From Spirochaetota bacterium (GTDB lineage Bacteria > Spirochaetota > UBA4802 > UBA5550): a stretch of 64,000 nt of DNA. A program made the position numbers and the translations under genes. The stretch is taken from contig JBGTBN010000020.1 in assembly GCA_041749375.1 (NCBI GenBank), positions 21,828-85,827 of the forward strand. Reading direction: 5' to 3'. Below are positions 19,271 through 29,343 of the stretch, piece by piece. A model generated the notes under the pieces. It saw only the letters and a program-made list of their open reading frames with translations. It had not been told where the DNA came from and searched no databases. Positions within the stretch are counted from its first letter, which is position 1, and the number at the start of each line of letters is the position of its first letter.

Positions 19271-20758
19271 TTAATGTACCGATAGGACCGTTACTTCCAC
19301 CCTTCTGTTTTTCTCTGCGAGGCCGGCGGCCAGAGGCTTCGTACACCCGTATCCTTTCGCGACGAGCCGGTCCCTGCTGATGCCCTGGCTGACCAGGTAC
19401 CCGCACACGGCCTGTGCCCTTTTCTCGGAGAGCGACTCGTTGTACGACTCTTCGCCCGAGGAATCGGTATGGCCGCCGATCTCGATCTTCATACCGGGAT
19501 TTACCTGCATGAGCCGCGCGAGGCGGCCCAGCTCGGCCCGGGTCTTCTCGTAATCGAAAACGTTATCGCTGTTGAGCCTGAAGTAGAGATTGTTCAGTAT
19601 CATGGAGGATCCCGCCTGGACGGGGACCATCTCTATGTCGCGGATTATGGCGTCATACTTCTTTACATCCGCAAGGTCGAGCCGCGTCGAGTACACGAGG
19701 TATCCCTTCTTGCTGATCGACAGCTCGTACACCTTCCTCTTGTTCAGGACGATGAAATACTTGCCGTCCTCACCGTTGCTCGAGAACGCCTGGGTCCCGC
19801 CGGTCTGCACATCGGTCACGCGGATCTCCGCGTTGATCGCCTTTGACGGATCGTCCTTCTCCGTCACTGTGCCCGCGATGGTGATGACCGAGGAGCTCCT
19901 CATCTCCGCCGGGAGCTTCGCGGTCTTGATCCGGTATACGGGCCGGCCGCTCCGCTCCTCGGGGTGCGAATAATAGATGGTATCGCCCGACGCGGGCACG
20001 GAAACGATCCGGTCGTCGAACTTCGTGTTGATCTCGCCCCCCAGGTTGACCGGCTCGCTCCATGCGCCGCCGCTCATCATCTCGGTCTTGTACAGGTCGT
20101 ACCCGCCGTGTCCGCCCGGCCTGTTGGATGCGAAAATGATCGTCGTTCCGTCCGCCATGACGATCGGGGCGAAATCGGAGTACTCGGAATTGACCGGCGC
20201 CGGCATGCGGACCGGCTCGGTCCACTGACCATTCGACTTTGTTGACTTGAAGATGCAGAATTTGTCCTTACCTGTCTTCTCGTCGCACTCCCGGGTAAAA
20301 TAGAGGGTAGTACTGTCCGGGGAAATCGATCCGAACCCTTCGTACCCGGCGGTGTTTACCGGGGCGCCCATGTTCACCGCGCGTCCCCACAGGGCCTTGC
20401 CCCGTTTGGCGATCCAGAGGTCCACATCGCCCTTCCCTCCCTTCTGGTCGGATGTCAATAGAAGATTGTTCTGATCATAGGTGATGAACGGGCCGGCCGT
20501 GTTCATTTTAGTATTGGCGAATAGCAGAGGCACCGGCGGCGTCCATCCAAGATTGGTCTTGAACTTGACGACGCAATCGTACTTGCCGGGGCTCTCATGG
20601 TCGGATTGAAATATGAGCATTTTTCCGTCCGGCGAGACGGTGGGGCTGTGCTGGGATCGGTATGCGTAGTTGTATCCGCATGATGTCACTGCAACCGCCA
20701 GAAACAGAATAACCCCGAAAAGGAACCCATTGTGAAGCTTATGTGTGTGTGTAAGCAT
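19271..20758 (-). CDS. OmpA-family lipoprotein with TolB-like beta-propeller repeats
   Basis: lipobox (TSCG), repeated PDG..L.F motifs, C-terminal OmpA peptidoglycan-binding domain (GHTDS.G...N..LS..RA). Confidence 0.8.
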   Translation of the reverse strand: MLTHTHKLHNGFLFGVILFLAVAVTSCGYNYAYRSQHSPTVSPDGKMLIFQSDHESPGKYDCVVKFKTNLGWTPPVPLLFANTKMNTAGPFITYDQNNLLLTSDQKGGKGDVDLWIAKRGKALWGRAVNMGAPVNTAGYEGFGSISPDSTTLYFTRECDEKTGKDKFCIFKSTKSNGQWTEPVRMPAPVNSEYSDFAPIVMADGTTIIFASNRPGGHGGYDLYKTEMMSGGAWSEPVNLGGEINTKFDDRIVSVPASGDTIYYSHPEERSGRPVYRIKTAKLPAEMRSSSVITIAGTVTEKDDPSKAINAEIRVTDVQTGGTQAFSSNGEDGKYFIVLNKRKVYELSISKKGYLVYSTRLDLADVKKYDAIIRDIEMVPVQAGSSMILNNLYFRLNSDNVFDYEKTRAELGRLARLMQVNPGMKIEIGGHTDSSGEESYNESLSEKRAQAVCGYLVSQGISRDRLVAKGYGCTKPLAAGLAEKNRRVEVTVLSVH

Positions 20759-21030
20759 AATAAAACTCCTTCCTTAAAAAATTTCACAACACGATTTTTG
20801 ATGTTGCATGGTTACGAACATACACCATCCGAAAGGGGTTTTCTTATCAATTTCACACATCGAACAATTCGGTTATTGCTAATTTTTCAACCTGTAGAAA
20901 TGGTTGGGTTTCGGTCTCACATCCTCAGCACTTTTTGATTGTTCGCCCTGACGTATGATTTTTTCACTATACCTTCTCCTGGCCGGTAGAAATATTTTCA
21001 TCCCTGGCCTTCCATGTTCGTACTATCCAC

Positions 21031-21351
21031 ATGTACCTTCGTACAAATGAAACAGCCCCGCCTTACCGTCCCGGCATGGACCGGAAATCTGTGTATAAAA
21101 GTATTTGGCGGAGATACTGGCGCGAATTCCGGGAAATTTACCCCGAGGGATTCGCGCACCGATACGGGGAAATGACTCAGGACAAAATGGCAGAGGTATA
21201 CAAGCTCCTGTCATGCGGCGATTACAGGAACGGATTTCGGAAGCACACCTGCCCGGATTGCGGGACCGTGCTCATGGTACCCTTCACCTGCAAATCGCGG
21301 CTCTGCCCTAAAACGATTCGCTGCACTGCAGGAAATATTGAGACTGTATAA
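21031..21351 (+). mobile_element. IS91-family transposase N-terminal zinc-binding domain fragment (remnant)
   Basis: CPDCG...VPFTCKSRLCP matches the IS91/ISCR transposase N-terminal Zn-binding signature; ORF truncated at 106 aa, no HUH/Y2 catalytic domain follows. Confidence 0.4.
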
Positions 21352-21361
21352 TTAACCACGA

Positions 21362-21745
21362 ATGAACGCGAATACACACGAATTATTATATAAAGATGAG
21401 GTATACGAGATTGTCAATTCTGCAATTGAAGTCTTAAACTCGCTGGGGCATGGATTATTCGAAAAATTATATGAAAATGCAATGTCAGTTGAACTACTCC
21501 GTCGCAACATTCCCCTGGACCAGCAAAAAAGGTTTGTCGTAAACTATAAAAACGAAATAATAGGTGAATATATCCCGGATTTAATTGCCCCTAATAAAAT
21601 TATTATTGAAATCAAGACGATTGAAGCAATTACAAATCATGAGAGAGGTCAAGTTATTAACTATCTCAGGTTGACCGGTTTGAAATTAGGATTAATCCTG
21701 AACTTCAAAAAAACAAAATTGGGATGGGAAAGAATAATTCTGTAA
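21362..21745 (+). CDS. GxxExxY protein (PD-(D/E)xK nuclease superfamily)
   Basis: GHGLFEKLYE motif; AT-rich island. Confidence 0.75.
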   Translation: MNANTHELLYKDEVYEIVNSAIEVLNSLGHGLFEKLYENAMSVELLRRNIPLDQQKRFVVNYKNEIIGEYIPDLIAPNKIIIEIKTIEAITNHERGQVINYLRLTGLKLGLILNFKKTKLGWERIIL

Positions 21746-21828
21746 ATACGAATTAGTGTTCATATCAAGAACCAAGAGAAATTAGATCAGGGCTATCAAG
21801 GAGACTTGAATTTTAATAGTAAAGATAC

Positions 21829-21863
21829 GGATAAAAAATAAAACAGCCCCCTTTAAGGGGGCT
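21829..21863 (-). terminator. rho-independent terminator (AGCCCCC-tttaa-GGGGGCT plus U-tract on minus strand)
   Basis: hairpin with A-run 21829-21844 on plus strand, just downstream of minus-strand gene end 21902. Confidence 0.6.
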
Positions 21864-21901
21864 TCCTCAAGCTACCGGCTCTGCCGGTAGTTTGTGACAA
21901 G

Positions 21902-22454
21902 TTACAGCTTACGTGCGATGGTTGCGGCAAGGTTATAGATCTCATTATCCAGCCTTCCATCAAAATTCTGGGCTTTCCAGTTGTGCGGGAAGGCCCGTGC
22001 GGACGAGCAGTGAAGATCGGCGGTATACAGTTTTTTCCCGGTCTTGATGTCATAGAACTCCGCGACGACATCCAGATAGTCAAATCCCCCGGTGGCCGCG
22101 TTAAAATTCCGCTCGATGTTCCTGTATGTGAACTTGATGAACAGATCGCCCGCTGACGGCATGGCATTGGAACCCTGCACCGGCTTTACGATGGTTTTAC
22201 CCGGAAGAAAATCTTTGAGATACCCGGACAGGGATTTGAGATTCAGATTATGGATCATGGCGATCCACTTGTCCAGACTTTCGTATCCGTACGTTTTCCA
22301 TTCGTTGACCGGGTAGTTGATCTAGCCCAGATGAACGACCCGGTAGTCCCTGAATGTCGCGTTCTGCGGCGTTTCGCTTCGTATCGCCTTGTCCGCGGAA
22401 CAGGATGCGAATGACAGCAAAACTGCCAGAAAGAAAAGAATCGATTTTTTCATG
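21902..22454 (-). pseudogene. disrupted lipoprotein gene: signal-peptide ORF ends at in-frame TAG (22323-22325) and mature domain continues in another frame from ATG 22258
   Basis: MKKSILFFLAVLLSFASCSADKA lipoprotein signal in frame a stops after 43 codons; 118-aa ORF 21902-22258 lies in the -1 frame; a G3 run at 22259-22261 sits at the frame junction. Confidence 0.45.
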
Positions 22455-22589
22455 TGTCACCTCCAGCGATATTGTGGATATTCTTCATCGTCAGACATTG
22501 CGCAAAGTGCACAATGCGCATAATCTGTATCTGACCACTTTCAACATAAACCCTCTCTCCCTCGCCGGATGGAGACTTGAGATGTGCGG

Positions 22590-23393
22590 TTATTTCAGCT
22601 CGTCTTGTATGAGCCTGATCATGTTCGCGACGCTCTTCTTCGTGGCCGAATCAAAGGTCCTGATCGTCGTATCATTTATGTCCGCGGTCCATCCCTTCAG
22701 GGGCATGGTGTCATCGGCCATCACCGAGTATGCGCGCTCCCGCTCGTCCGCCCGGCTGGTCGCAACGATCAGCTCACCGTTTCTGTCGATGATCTGGACG
22801 CCTGTAAACGTGCGCGCTTTGGCGGAAACCCCCGACGTGCCGAACCAGCTCTTGCTGTAAGTGAAATTAAAACTCAGCAACATCACCGCGTCAAAACCAT
22901 TGGTGGCACACCACTCTTTCACAAGGGCCTGGAGGGAGGAATCCCCCTTTTCAACCCAGAGAAACGGAACCCCGTCAAAACTCATCATCATGGGGAACAG
23001 GGCATCCCGACGTTCATCCGACCATTGCCGCAGGGTGTTGGACCGGGCCGCTTGTATCGATGCGGCCACGGGCCGCACGTTCCACCCGAATGCCTTTGAA
23101 AACTGCACCACCGCTTCGTCGTGCGCCCTGTTCAGGAGAAACAGGCCTCGAGGTCTGAACTCCGCCACGGCCCCGGGCTTTTTTTGTTGGGCCTTTATGG
23201 CAGAGTCGACGACATGAAATCCCACCGCCTGCCGCTGGTTGTCTATGGTGATCGCAGCCGGGCAGTAGATCGTGGCAATCGAGACCTTCCGGATGGCCTT
23301 CAGCGAGTCCTTTTTCACCATTCTTGATGCGCCGCAGCCGACACCATTCAACACGAGAATTATCGCAAGAAAAATCGCCCATTTCGTTCGCAT
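22590..23393 (-). CDS. hypothetical lipoprotein
   Basis: signal peptide with lipobox LNGVGCGA. Confidence 0.6.
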   Translation of the reverse strand: MRTKWAIFLAIILVLNGVGCGASRMVKKDSLKAIRKVSIATIYCPAAITIDNQRQAVGFHVVDSAIKAQQKKPGAVAEFRPRGLFLLNRAHDEAVVQFSKAFGWNVRPVAASIQAARSNTLRQWSDERRDALFPMMMSFDGVPFLWVEKGDSSLQALVKEWCATNGFDAVMLLSFNFTYSKSWFGTSGVSAKARTFTGVQIIDRNGELIVATSRADERERAYSVMADDTMPLKGWTADINDTTIRTFDSATKKSVANMIRLIQDELK

Positions 23394-23816
23394 GCCCATA
23401 TGTTCCTCCATTTTTCATGTGAGATGGCTAACCTTCGGCCCGCCACCTTAAAATTGAAAAGACCATTATAATACCCCTGCTGTTTCAAGTAGCTATCATG
23501 CAGACACAGGTGGCACATGTATATGGCTATGGATCCCTGATAATAAAGGGAGCCGGTGCTCATCGGCAACCTTGTGTCGAAATAGTTTTCTATAACAACA
23601 TGAAAAAGCCTGTGTTGCACCGGACACTAAACGGGTTGCCCTTGCCGCCGTGCCCCTTGGCGCCATCGCTGAAGTCCTGGCACCATGCCTGGGCATCATC
23701 CATGTCTCAGCAGTCATCCTGACAACGAATGACACGACGGCATCCTGTCGTCAGCCCCGAACCTTAACTTTCGGGCAGGATGTAAAAGCAAACGGCGATG
23801 CGCGGATACAGGGATG

Positions 23817-24941
23817 TCAATCAGCCGACCTGGCAAAGCGGAATCCTAAGTTGATGTCCTCGTAATACGGGTTGAAGTCGTTCATGAGGCCGACTCGCAG
23901 GGCACTGGCATAGCTGCTCCAGCTGCCCCCCCGTAACACGCGGAAAGACCCTTCCCATCCAGGATACCAGTCAAAGCACCACTCAAGCACATTACCGCTC
24001 ATGTCGTACAGGCCCAGGCTATTGGCGCCGCTTGTTTTACTTTTTACCACAGCGGTACCGGTAACTCCTGTTGGCTCCCATGAATCGCCATCAAAGTACC
24101 ACGCGTAAACAGACAAAAGATCATTGGCATCCTTTCCATCAACAACTCCATTCGCGGGATTGGTATCAGTCGCGTCATCATAATATGTATACGCACAGCT
24201 CGCTGAATTGCCTTTGGTAAAATATGGGTTTGTATACCCGCTCACTGTATTTGTCGAGTTATCGCGCCACCGCGCCGCAAGCTCCCATTCATTGCTGGTG
24301 AGCAATCTGAATCCCTTTGAGTTCTGATTGACAAAGGGATCGTCCTGCGTGCCGTCATGGGGCCCTGCCCCTGATTCCCAGGTTATGGTGATTGAATCAG
24401 TAGCAACCCTCAGAGGAAGTGTGTACCCGCTGTCGGTACAGTATACGCATTGGCAACTTGTGCCTTTCTGAACGTTATACCACTCTGTCAAAGCGTTGCA
24501 CCATACCATGGAATCACGCCAGTTGATGGTGGTTACAGGCTGCTGGATGCTCCCGCTTCCGGTGCTACCCTCGATCCCCACATTGGCAAAGGTGTAGAGA
24601 TCCCCCCCATCCGCTCGCTTGCCGCCACCAGCATCCGTTGTTGCCCAGCTGTACACCTTCTGCCACAACTCATACGTGACCTCGGTCTCGCCGATCCAGT
24701 ACGCGTTTGCTACTGTTGCCGGAGTGCCGAGATCATCAGTACCTGTCGGGAAGGTTACGCCGCCGGGCACATAGGCCATTTTGAACGATACGCCGTCGGC
24801 GGTGTAGGTCTTCATGCCCCCGCCGCCTGCAAGAAGCAGGAGAAGAAGGGAATTATTATCGTCCTTTTTCTCGTCGCAGGCGGTAAATGCCACCGAGGCT
24901 GTAAGCATTAAAATTGCCGCGAGATTTAATTGTAATTTCAT
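23817..24941 (-). CDS. FGE-sulfatase (SUMF1/EgtB/PvdO) domain lipoprotein
   Basis: lipobox FTAC; YDMSGNVLEWC and RGGSW motifs of formylglycine-generating-enzyme fold. Confidence 0.8.
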   Translation of the reverse strand: MKLQLNLAAILMLTASVAFTACDEKKDDNNSLLLLLLAGGGGMKTYTADGVSFKMAYVPGGVTFPTGTDDLGTPATVANAYWIGETEVTYELWQKVYSWATTDAGGGKRADGGDLYTFANVGIEGSTGSGSIQQPVTTINWRDSMVWCNALTEWYNVQKGTSCQCVYCTDSGYTLPLRVATDSITITWESGAGPHDGTQDDPFVNQNSKGFRLLTSNEWELAARWRDNSTNTVSGYTNPYFTKGNSASCAYTYYDDATDTNPANGVVDGKDANDLLSVYAWYFDGDSWEPTGVTGTAVVKSKTSGANSLGLYDMSGNVLEWCFDWYPGWEGSFRVLRGGSWSSYASALRVGLMNDFNPYYEDINLGFRFARSAD

Positions 24942-25077
24942 AACCAGCTCCTGATATTGATACTATTTGCTCATCGACAGTAAGAACCTGCTGAACAGGA
25001 TGTTCCAATGCCGACGCCGGACAGGACGCCCGGAAAAGTGTCGGCCACAAGGCGATGCACTAAGCGTAGCCGAAGTG

Positions 25078-26409
25078 TTACCGAGTCCTGGCAATGCGGA
25101 AGCCCCTGAAGTTAAATTCATCATATGGGGTTGTGCTGACACGATAGCCAACCCGCAACTCCTCTGTAGTATGACGCCAGGAGCCGCCGCTTATAATGCG
25201 CGAAACCCCGCTTAAGTCAAAGCACCACTCCCACACATTGCCGCTCATGTCGTACAGGCCCAGGGCATTGGGGGTTTTGCTTGCCACTGCAGCGGTGGTT
25301 TGTCCGGAATTTGCAGCATGAAACGCATAATCCCCGAATACCGTAGACATGCCCAGCCCGCCAAGAATGTCGCCGTCATCATAGCACGCGCCGCTTTCAT
25401 CACCGCTCGCGTGGTCTCCATAGGTCCAGAGCGTCCCATCCCGATACCGCGCCGCAAGCTCATATTCGTTGCCGGTAAGCAGGCGAAAGCCCTTTGCGGT
25501 TGAACTGGCCGCTGCATTATCACAGGCCGTTGCATTGCCATCGCTGGAATCACGAATTATATCAGCACCGCTACCGCCGTCATAGGTGTACACGCATTCA
25601 TAACCTGTGCCATTATGAGCGTTGTACCACTCGGTCAGGGCGTTGCACCATACCATACTGTCGCGCCAGTTTACATATGTCACCGGATGGGTCTCGTGGC
25701 CGGTGTCATACACCATCCATGAACCATCAAAATATCCGCCCCTTCCCCCTGCATTGGCAAAGATGTACTCGCCTTCGCCGGTGGCGCCGCCGGTACCGCT
25801 CGTTGCCCACTCATACACCGCACTCCAGAGCTCATAGGTCACCTCGGTCTCGCCTATCCAGTAGGCATCGGCCACGTTTGCCGTGGTTTCGTCATTCGTT
25901 CCTCTTGGAAAGGTCAACCCGCCGGGCACATAGACCATGTCATAGGACACGCCGGCGGCGGCGCAGGCCTCTTTGTAGCCGGCAAAAAACAATCTATATA
26001 CGACCGCGGTCCGCGGCGAGCCGGTAATAGAATATCCTTCAGGGCTTGTTATTGTTACGGTAACTGTCGCTCCATTGGCCACCGTAATATCCGATATCGC
26101 AAGGCTTCTCGTTGTCCCGCTTCCAGAAAGAGCGCCCTTTGTCGCTCCGCTCACAGTAATATTGTCTTCAGTAAGAGTTGCCGGGTCTACATCAAAGGTC
26201 AGGGTCAATCCCGTTGAATCTGCCGTGCCGGAATCACCGCCGGTCTGGACCGCGCTCTCAAAGGTCATGTCTATATCGCCTGCAACGCTGCCCCCGCCTA
26301 AAAGCAACATCAGCAGCGAGCTGTTATCGTCCTTTTTCTCGTCGCAGGCGGTTAAGGCCAGCGCGCCGGCAAGCGTCATGCACGCAAATAATCTCATGGC
26401 ATTTTTCAT
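25078..26409 (-). CDS. FGE-sulfatase domain lipoprotein, paralog with extra N-terminal Ig-like region
   Basis: conserved N-terminus ACDEKKDDNSSLLMLLLGGG shared with 23817-24941; YDMSGNVWEWC, GGSW motifs. Confidence 0.8.
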   Translation of the reverse strand: MKNAMRLFACMTLAGALALTACDEKKDDNSSLLMLLLGGGSVAGDIDMTFESAVQTGGDSGTADSTGLTLTFDVDPATLTEDNITVSGATKGALSGSGTTRSLAISDITVANGATVTVTITSPEGYSITGSPRTAVVYRLFFAGYKEACAAAGVSYDMVYVPGGLTFPRGTNDETTANVADAYWIGETEVTYELWSAVYEWATSGTGGATGEGEYIFANAGGRGGYFDGSWMVYDTGHETHPVTYVNWRDSMVWCNALTEWYNAHNGTGYECVYTYDGGSGADIIRDSSDGNATACDNAAASSTAKGFRLLTGNEYELAARYRDGTLWTYGDHASGDESGACYDDGDILGGLGMSTVFGDYAFHAANSGQTTAAVASKTPNALGLYDMSGNVWEWCFDLSGVSRIISGGSWRHTTEELRVGYRVSTTPYDEFNFRGFRIARTR

Positions 26410-26589
26410 GTCATCCTCCTACCCCCCCAGTGCCCGGGACGTGTCGTAATCAATATTTAGTGAATTCTATCATATGGAGATATACCCTGTCATCCGTGTA
26501 AATACGTAGGCCGCGGTTTTTTCTCATGAGATTGCGGGATGGGTCATGGGTATCGCAGGGGAAACATCAGCGGGGCGTGTTGCGCATCG

Positions 26590-27891
26590 TCAGGCTTCCG
26601 TGCCGGGCCCTTTCTGATGGTTCCGAACCCCCGGCACAAGGCCGAACCGTAACGCCACGTTCATGAGCTCGATCCTGTTGTTCACGCCCAGCTTGTTGTA
26701 TACGTGTATGACGTGCGTCTCTACCGTCCTGACCGACACGCCGAGGGACAGGGCAATCTCCCGGTTCGTCGCGCCCCTGACGCAAAGCTCCATCACCATG
26801 AATTCCCTGTCGGTGATCCGGTACGCCGTCTGCAGCATGGCCCTGCCCCTGTTACCGCTGGAGATGACCAGGAAGCCCACATGGTCTGAAAATCGGTCCA
26901 TGATCCGGGAGACGTACGAATCCGTGTAAACATCGCCGTCGTCGCCGCGGTAGGTGATCCGGGCGCTTTCACTCCGTGAACCGTCGGACGACAGCCGCTC
27001 GAAGAGCGCCCTGATCTCCGCGTTCTCCCGTATCACGTCTAACAGGAGCCGTGTGCGGTCCCGGGCGCCGACTGCGAGGACGACGCTTTTCGCCGGCTCG
27101 TTCATTGATATGATATTCCCGTCCCTGTCGGTTATGAATACCATGTCGCTGATATGGGCGATCAGCTCATCCGCGCTTACCGCCGGCCAGTTTCTCATGA
27201 ACCTCAGGCGAAACACGGCGTAGTAGAGTCCGACGAGATACAGGGCATTTCCCGATGGGCCGATGTCGGGGATCGAGTGCATGTTAAACCAGGGGAATAG
27301 AAATTGCGTAAGATTAACGATGAGCGACATGGCAATAAAGGACACCATGATGACGTCCAGTTGCCGTCGCTCCCTGTTCGATGCGGCGTTTTTTCTCCGC
27401 AGGGCAAGGAGCAGTATGAAGGCTGTCATGTAGGCGATGATCAGGCTCATCACTGCATAGAAGCAGGGGCTTTCATAGGACGGCGAGAACTTCCAGGCCC
27501 CACCGTGCCTTGCGTACTTGAAGAACATATGTGGCGCGACGGCTATGAAGGACGTGAAGGCGAACGCCGGGCCGTACAGCAGGACCGTCACAAATCGCGG
27601 CGGCATTTTTTTCAATGTCAGAAGCATGCCAACGTGCAGGTTTGTCGAGATGAACGAAAGGCATATGAATGATGCGAACACGGTAGCCATGATTATTACG
27701 TCGTGCGAGGTGGAAGAATAACCGATTACCGCGGCGATATGCCAGAGAGAGACAATGAAGCAGATGAAGCCGAACAGCCTGTTGAGGCGGTTGTTTGTAT
27801 CGATCCAGAGAATATAGAGTCCCAGCAGCAAGCATCCCGCCGCGATCAGGGACATGACCGTTGAAAACACAAACATAATCTTCGACTCCAT
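26590..27891 (-). CDS. membrane-anchored LuxR-family transcriptional regulator (multi-TM sensor plus HTH)
   Basis: 6-7 N-terminal TM helices, C-terminal LuxR HTH (ATNREIALSLGVSVRTVETHV). Confidence 0.7.
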   Translation of the reverse strand: MESKIMFVFSTVMSLIAAGCLLLGLYILWIDTNNRLNRLFGFICFIVSLWHIAAVIGYSSTSHDVIIMATVFASFICLSFISTNLHVGMLLTLKKMPPRFVTVLLYGPAFAFTSFIAVAPHMFFKYARHGGAWKFSPSYESPCFYAVMSLIIAYMTAFILLLALRRKNAASNRERRQLDVIMVSFIAMSLIVNLTQFLFPWFNMHSIPDIGPSGNALYLVGLYYAVFRLRFMRNWPAVSADELIAHISDMVFITDRDGNIISMNEPAKSVVLAVGARDRTRLLLDVIRENAEIRALFERLSSDGSRSESARITYRGDDGDVYTDSYVSRIMDRFSDHVGFLVISSGNRGRAMLQTAYRITDREFMVMELCVRGATNREIALSLGVSVRTVETHVIHVYNKLGVNNRIELMNVALRFGLVPGVRNHQKGPGTEA

Positions 27892-27976
27892 GTCATAGTA
27901 TCAAGACACATGGGAAGGCGGCATCGGTACTGCAACGACCGAGGATACCTTGCGACAAGATTTACTTTATTTCAAG

Positions 27977-28039
27977 AAAAATTTGAGCCCCCTCTCCAGC
28001 GATTTTTTCCTTGAAAGATGCTGTACGATCTTCCATTAT
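27977..28039 (+). promoter_or_regulatory. conserved promoter-like element copy E (GAGCCCCCTCTCCAGCG, T-run, TTGAAA, 17 nt, CATTAT)
   Basis: member of a 5-copy family read directly in the sequence; upstream of CPBP gene. Confidence 0.5.
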
Positions 28040-28162
28040 AGTGCGGTAAGACAATAAAGTGCTTGATTAGTCGGGCCAGAACAGTGGAGTCATAGTACAA
28101 CGATTGTGACATGTTCGTTGTTTTCAAGAACGTGTGCACGATCATAATTGAGGAAACAGATC

Positions 28163-29212
28163 ATGGCGATAGCGCGGGCGAAAACAACCAGGGCAAAAAA
28201 GGAGCTCTATGCATTCCTGGGCATCACCTTTGCGGCCACCTACGGCCTTCAGCTGGTCGTTTATACCCTGGTGGGCCCCTTGTCTTATTCATCAGACGCC
28301 TGGAACGCGGCGCTTTCGGGTTCCATGTTTATACCGGCCGTTGTGGCCATTGTCTGCATGGTCTTTTTCAAATCCGAGGCCCTGACCATTGAGACATCGA
28401 TCATATTCTCGATTTTTATCTTACACGCCGTCCTCTTCATCATTGAGACATTGCACCGGCCAATTATGGGAACCATGCAGGGCAAACCCCTCGTTTCCGG
28501 GATTATTGCCGCTATAGGTATCCTGGCATTAATCATCCTGAACGCGAGAAAGAAATGGAGGAGAGGACTTGAACAGTCACGGCTCTCCGTTGGGACACAC
28601 CACCTATGGTATATCACGGTGCCACTGTTTTTTTCCCTCTTACTCATTAGTACCTACGTTCTGTATTATTATCTGGGAATGGGAAATCCCGCGGAATTAT
28701 TCAGCATCACATCGTTCTTTTCAAAATGGATACCGGACCTGCTGCTCTTTGTCCTTATACTGTGGCCCTCCTATTTCGGAGAAGAATATGGATGGAGAGC
28801 CTATCTTCAGGACAGGCTCTTCACCATCACGGGCGTACCGAAGGGCGTGCTACTCCTCGGCATCATATGGGGGCTGTGGCACGGCGTGATCGTCGCGCTG
28901 GGACACAATTATCCGGGATATCCCGTCCTGGGGAATGTTTTCATGACCGTCTATTGCATCGTTCTCGGCGCGATCTTCAGCTACGCCGTCCTGAAAACCG
29001 GAAGCATCTGGATTTCGGTGCTCCTGCATCTAATCAACAACAAGACCGCTCCCGTGGCAGCTTCATTCCTCGGGAATTCCGACAACCTCTTTCTGGGTTC
29101 CGCCCTGGGAATCGTGCTCCTGGGGATATTCGTACTCGTTCTCGCCGGGTTGACCCGCGGGGCCCCGGCGGGTCAACCCACAGGGAAGGAGAACCAGGGA
29201 GAGAAGGGATGA
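28163..29212 (+). CDS. CPBP family intramembrane glutamic endopeptidase (CAAX protease/Abi)
   Basis: EEYGWR...LWHG...HLINN motifs; GAGGAAA RBS before ATG 28163 (track TTG 28148 lies inside the RBS). Confidence 0.8.
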   Translation: MAIARAKTTRAKKELYAFLGITFAATYGLQLVVYTLVGPLSYSSDAWNAALSGSMFIPAVVAIVCMVFFKSEALTIETSIIFSIFILHAVLFIIETLHRPIMGTMQGKPLVSGIIAAIGILALIILNARKKWRRGLEQSRLSVGTHHLWYITVPLFFSLLLISTYVLYYYLGMGNPAELFSITSFFSKWIPDLLLFVLILWPSYFGEEYGWRAYLQDRLFTITGVPKGVLLLGIIWGLWHGVIVALGHNYPGYPVLGNVFMTVYCIVLGAIFSYAVLKTGSIWISVLLHLINNKTAPVAASFLGNSDNLFLGSALGIVLLGIFVLVLAGLTRGAPAGQPTGKENQGEKG

Positions 29213-29343
29213 ATCGCATCAGAGGCGTTCATGCCGGAGGCGCGGTGCTGACCGGGCGAGGAATCCCCGCAGAGTGAATACCGCGCTCTCGCACACGAGA
29301 CGGCACGAGACACCCGGGCCGAAAATACGGAAAGAGGGACCAT

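Noticed and set aside
22323-22325. In-frame TAG as pyrrolysine or programmed readthrough
   Set aside because: No pylTSBCD genes or Pyl-type context in the window; a simple nonsense mutation or assembly error, combined with the adjacent frame change, is more parsimonious.
23480-23520. Sigma-54-like GGTGGCACatgtaTATGGC
   Set aside because: The -12 element lacks the TTGC core and the spacing and orientation relative to flanking minus-strand genes do not fit.
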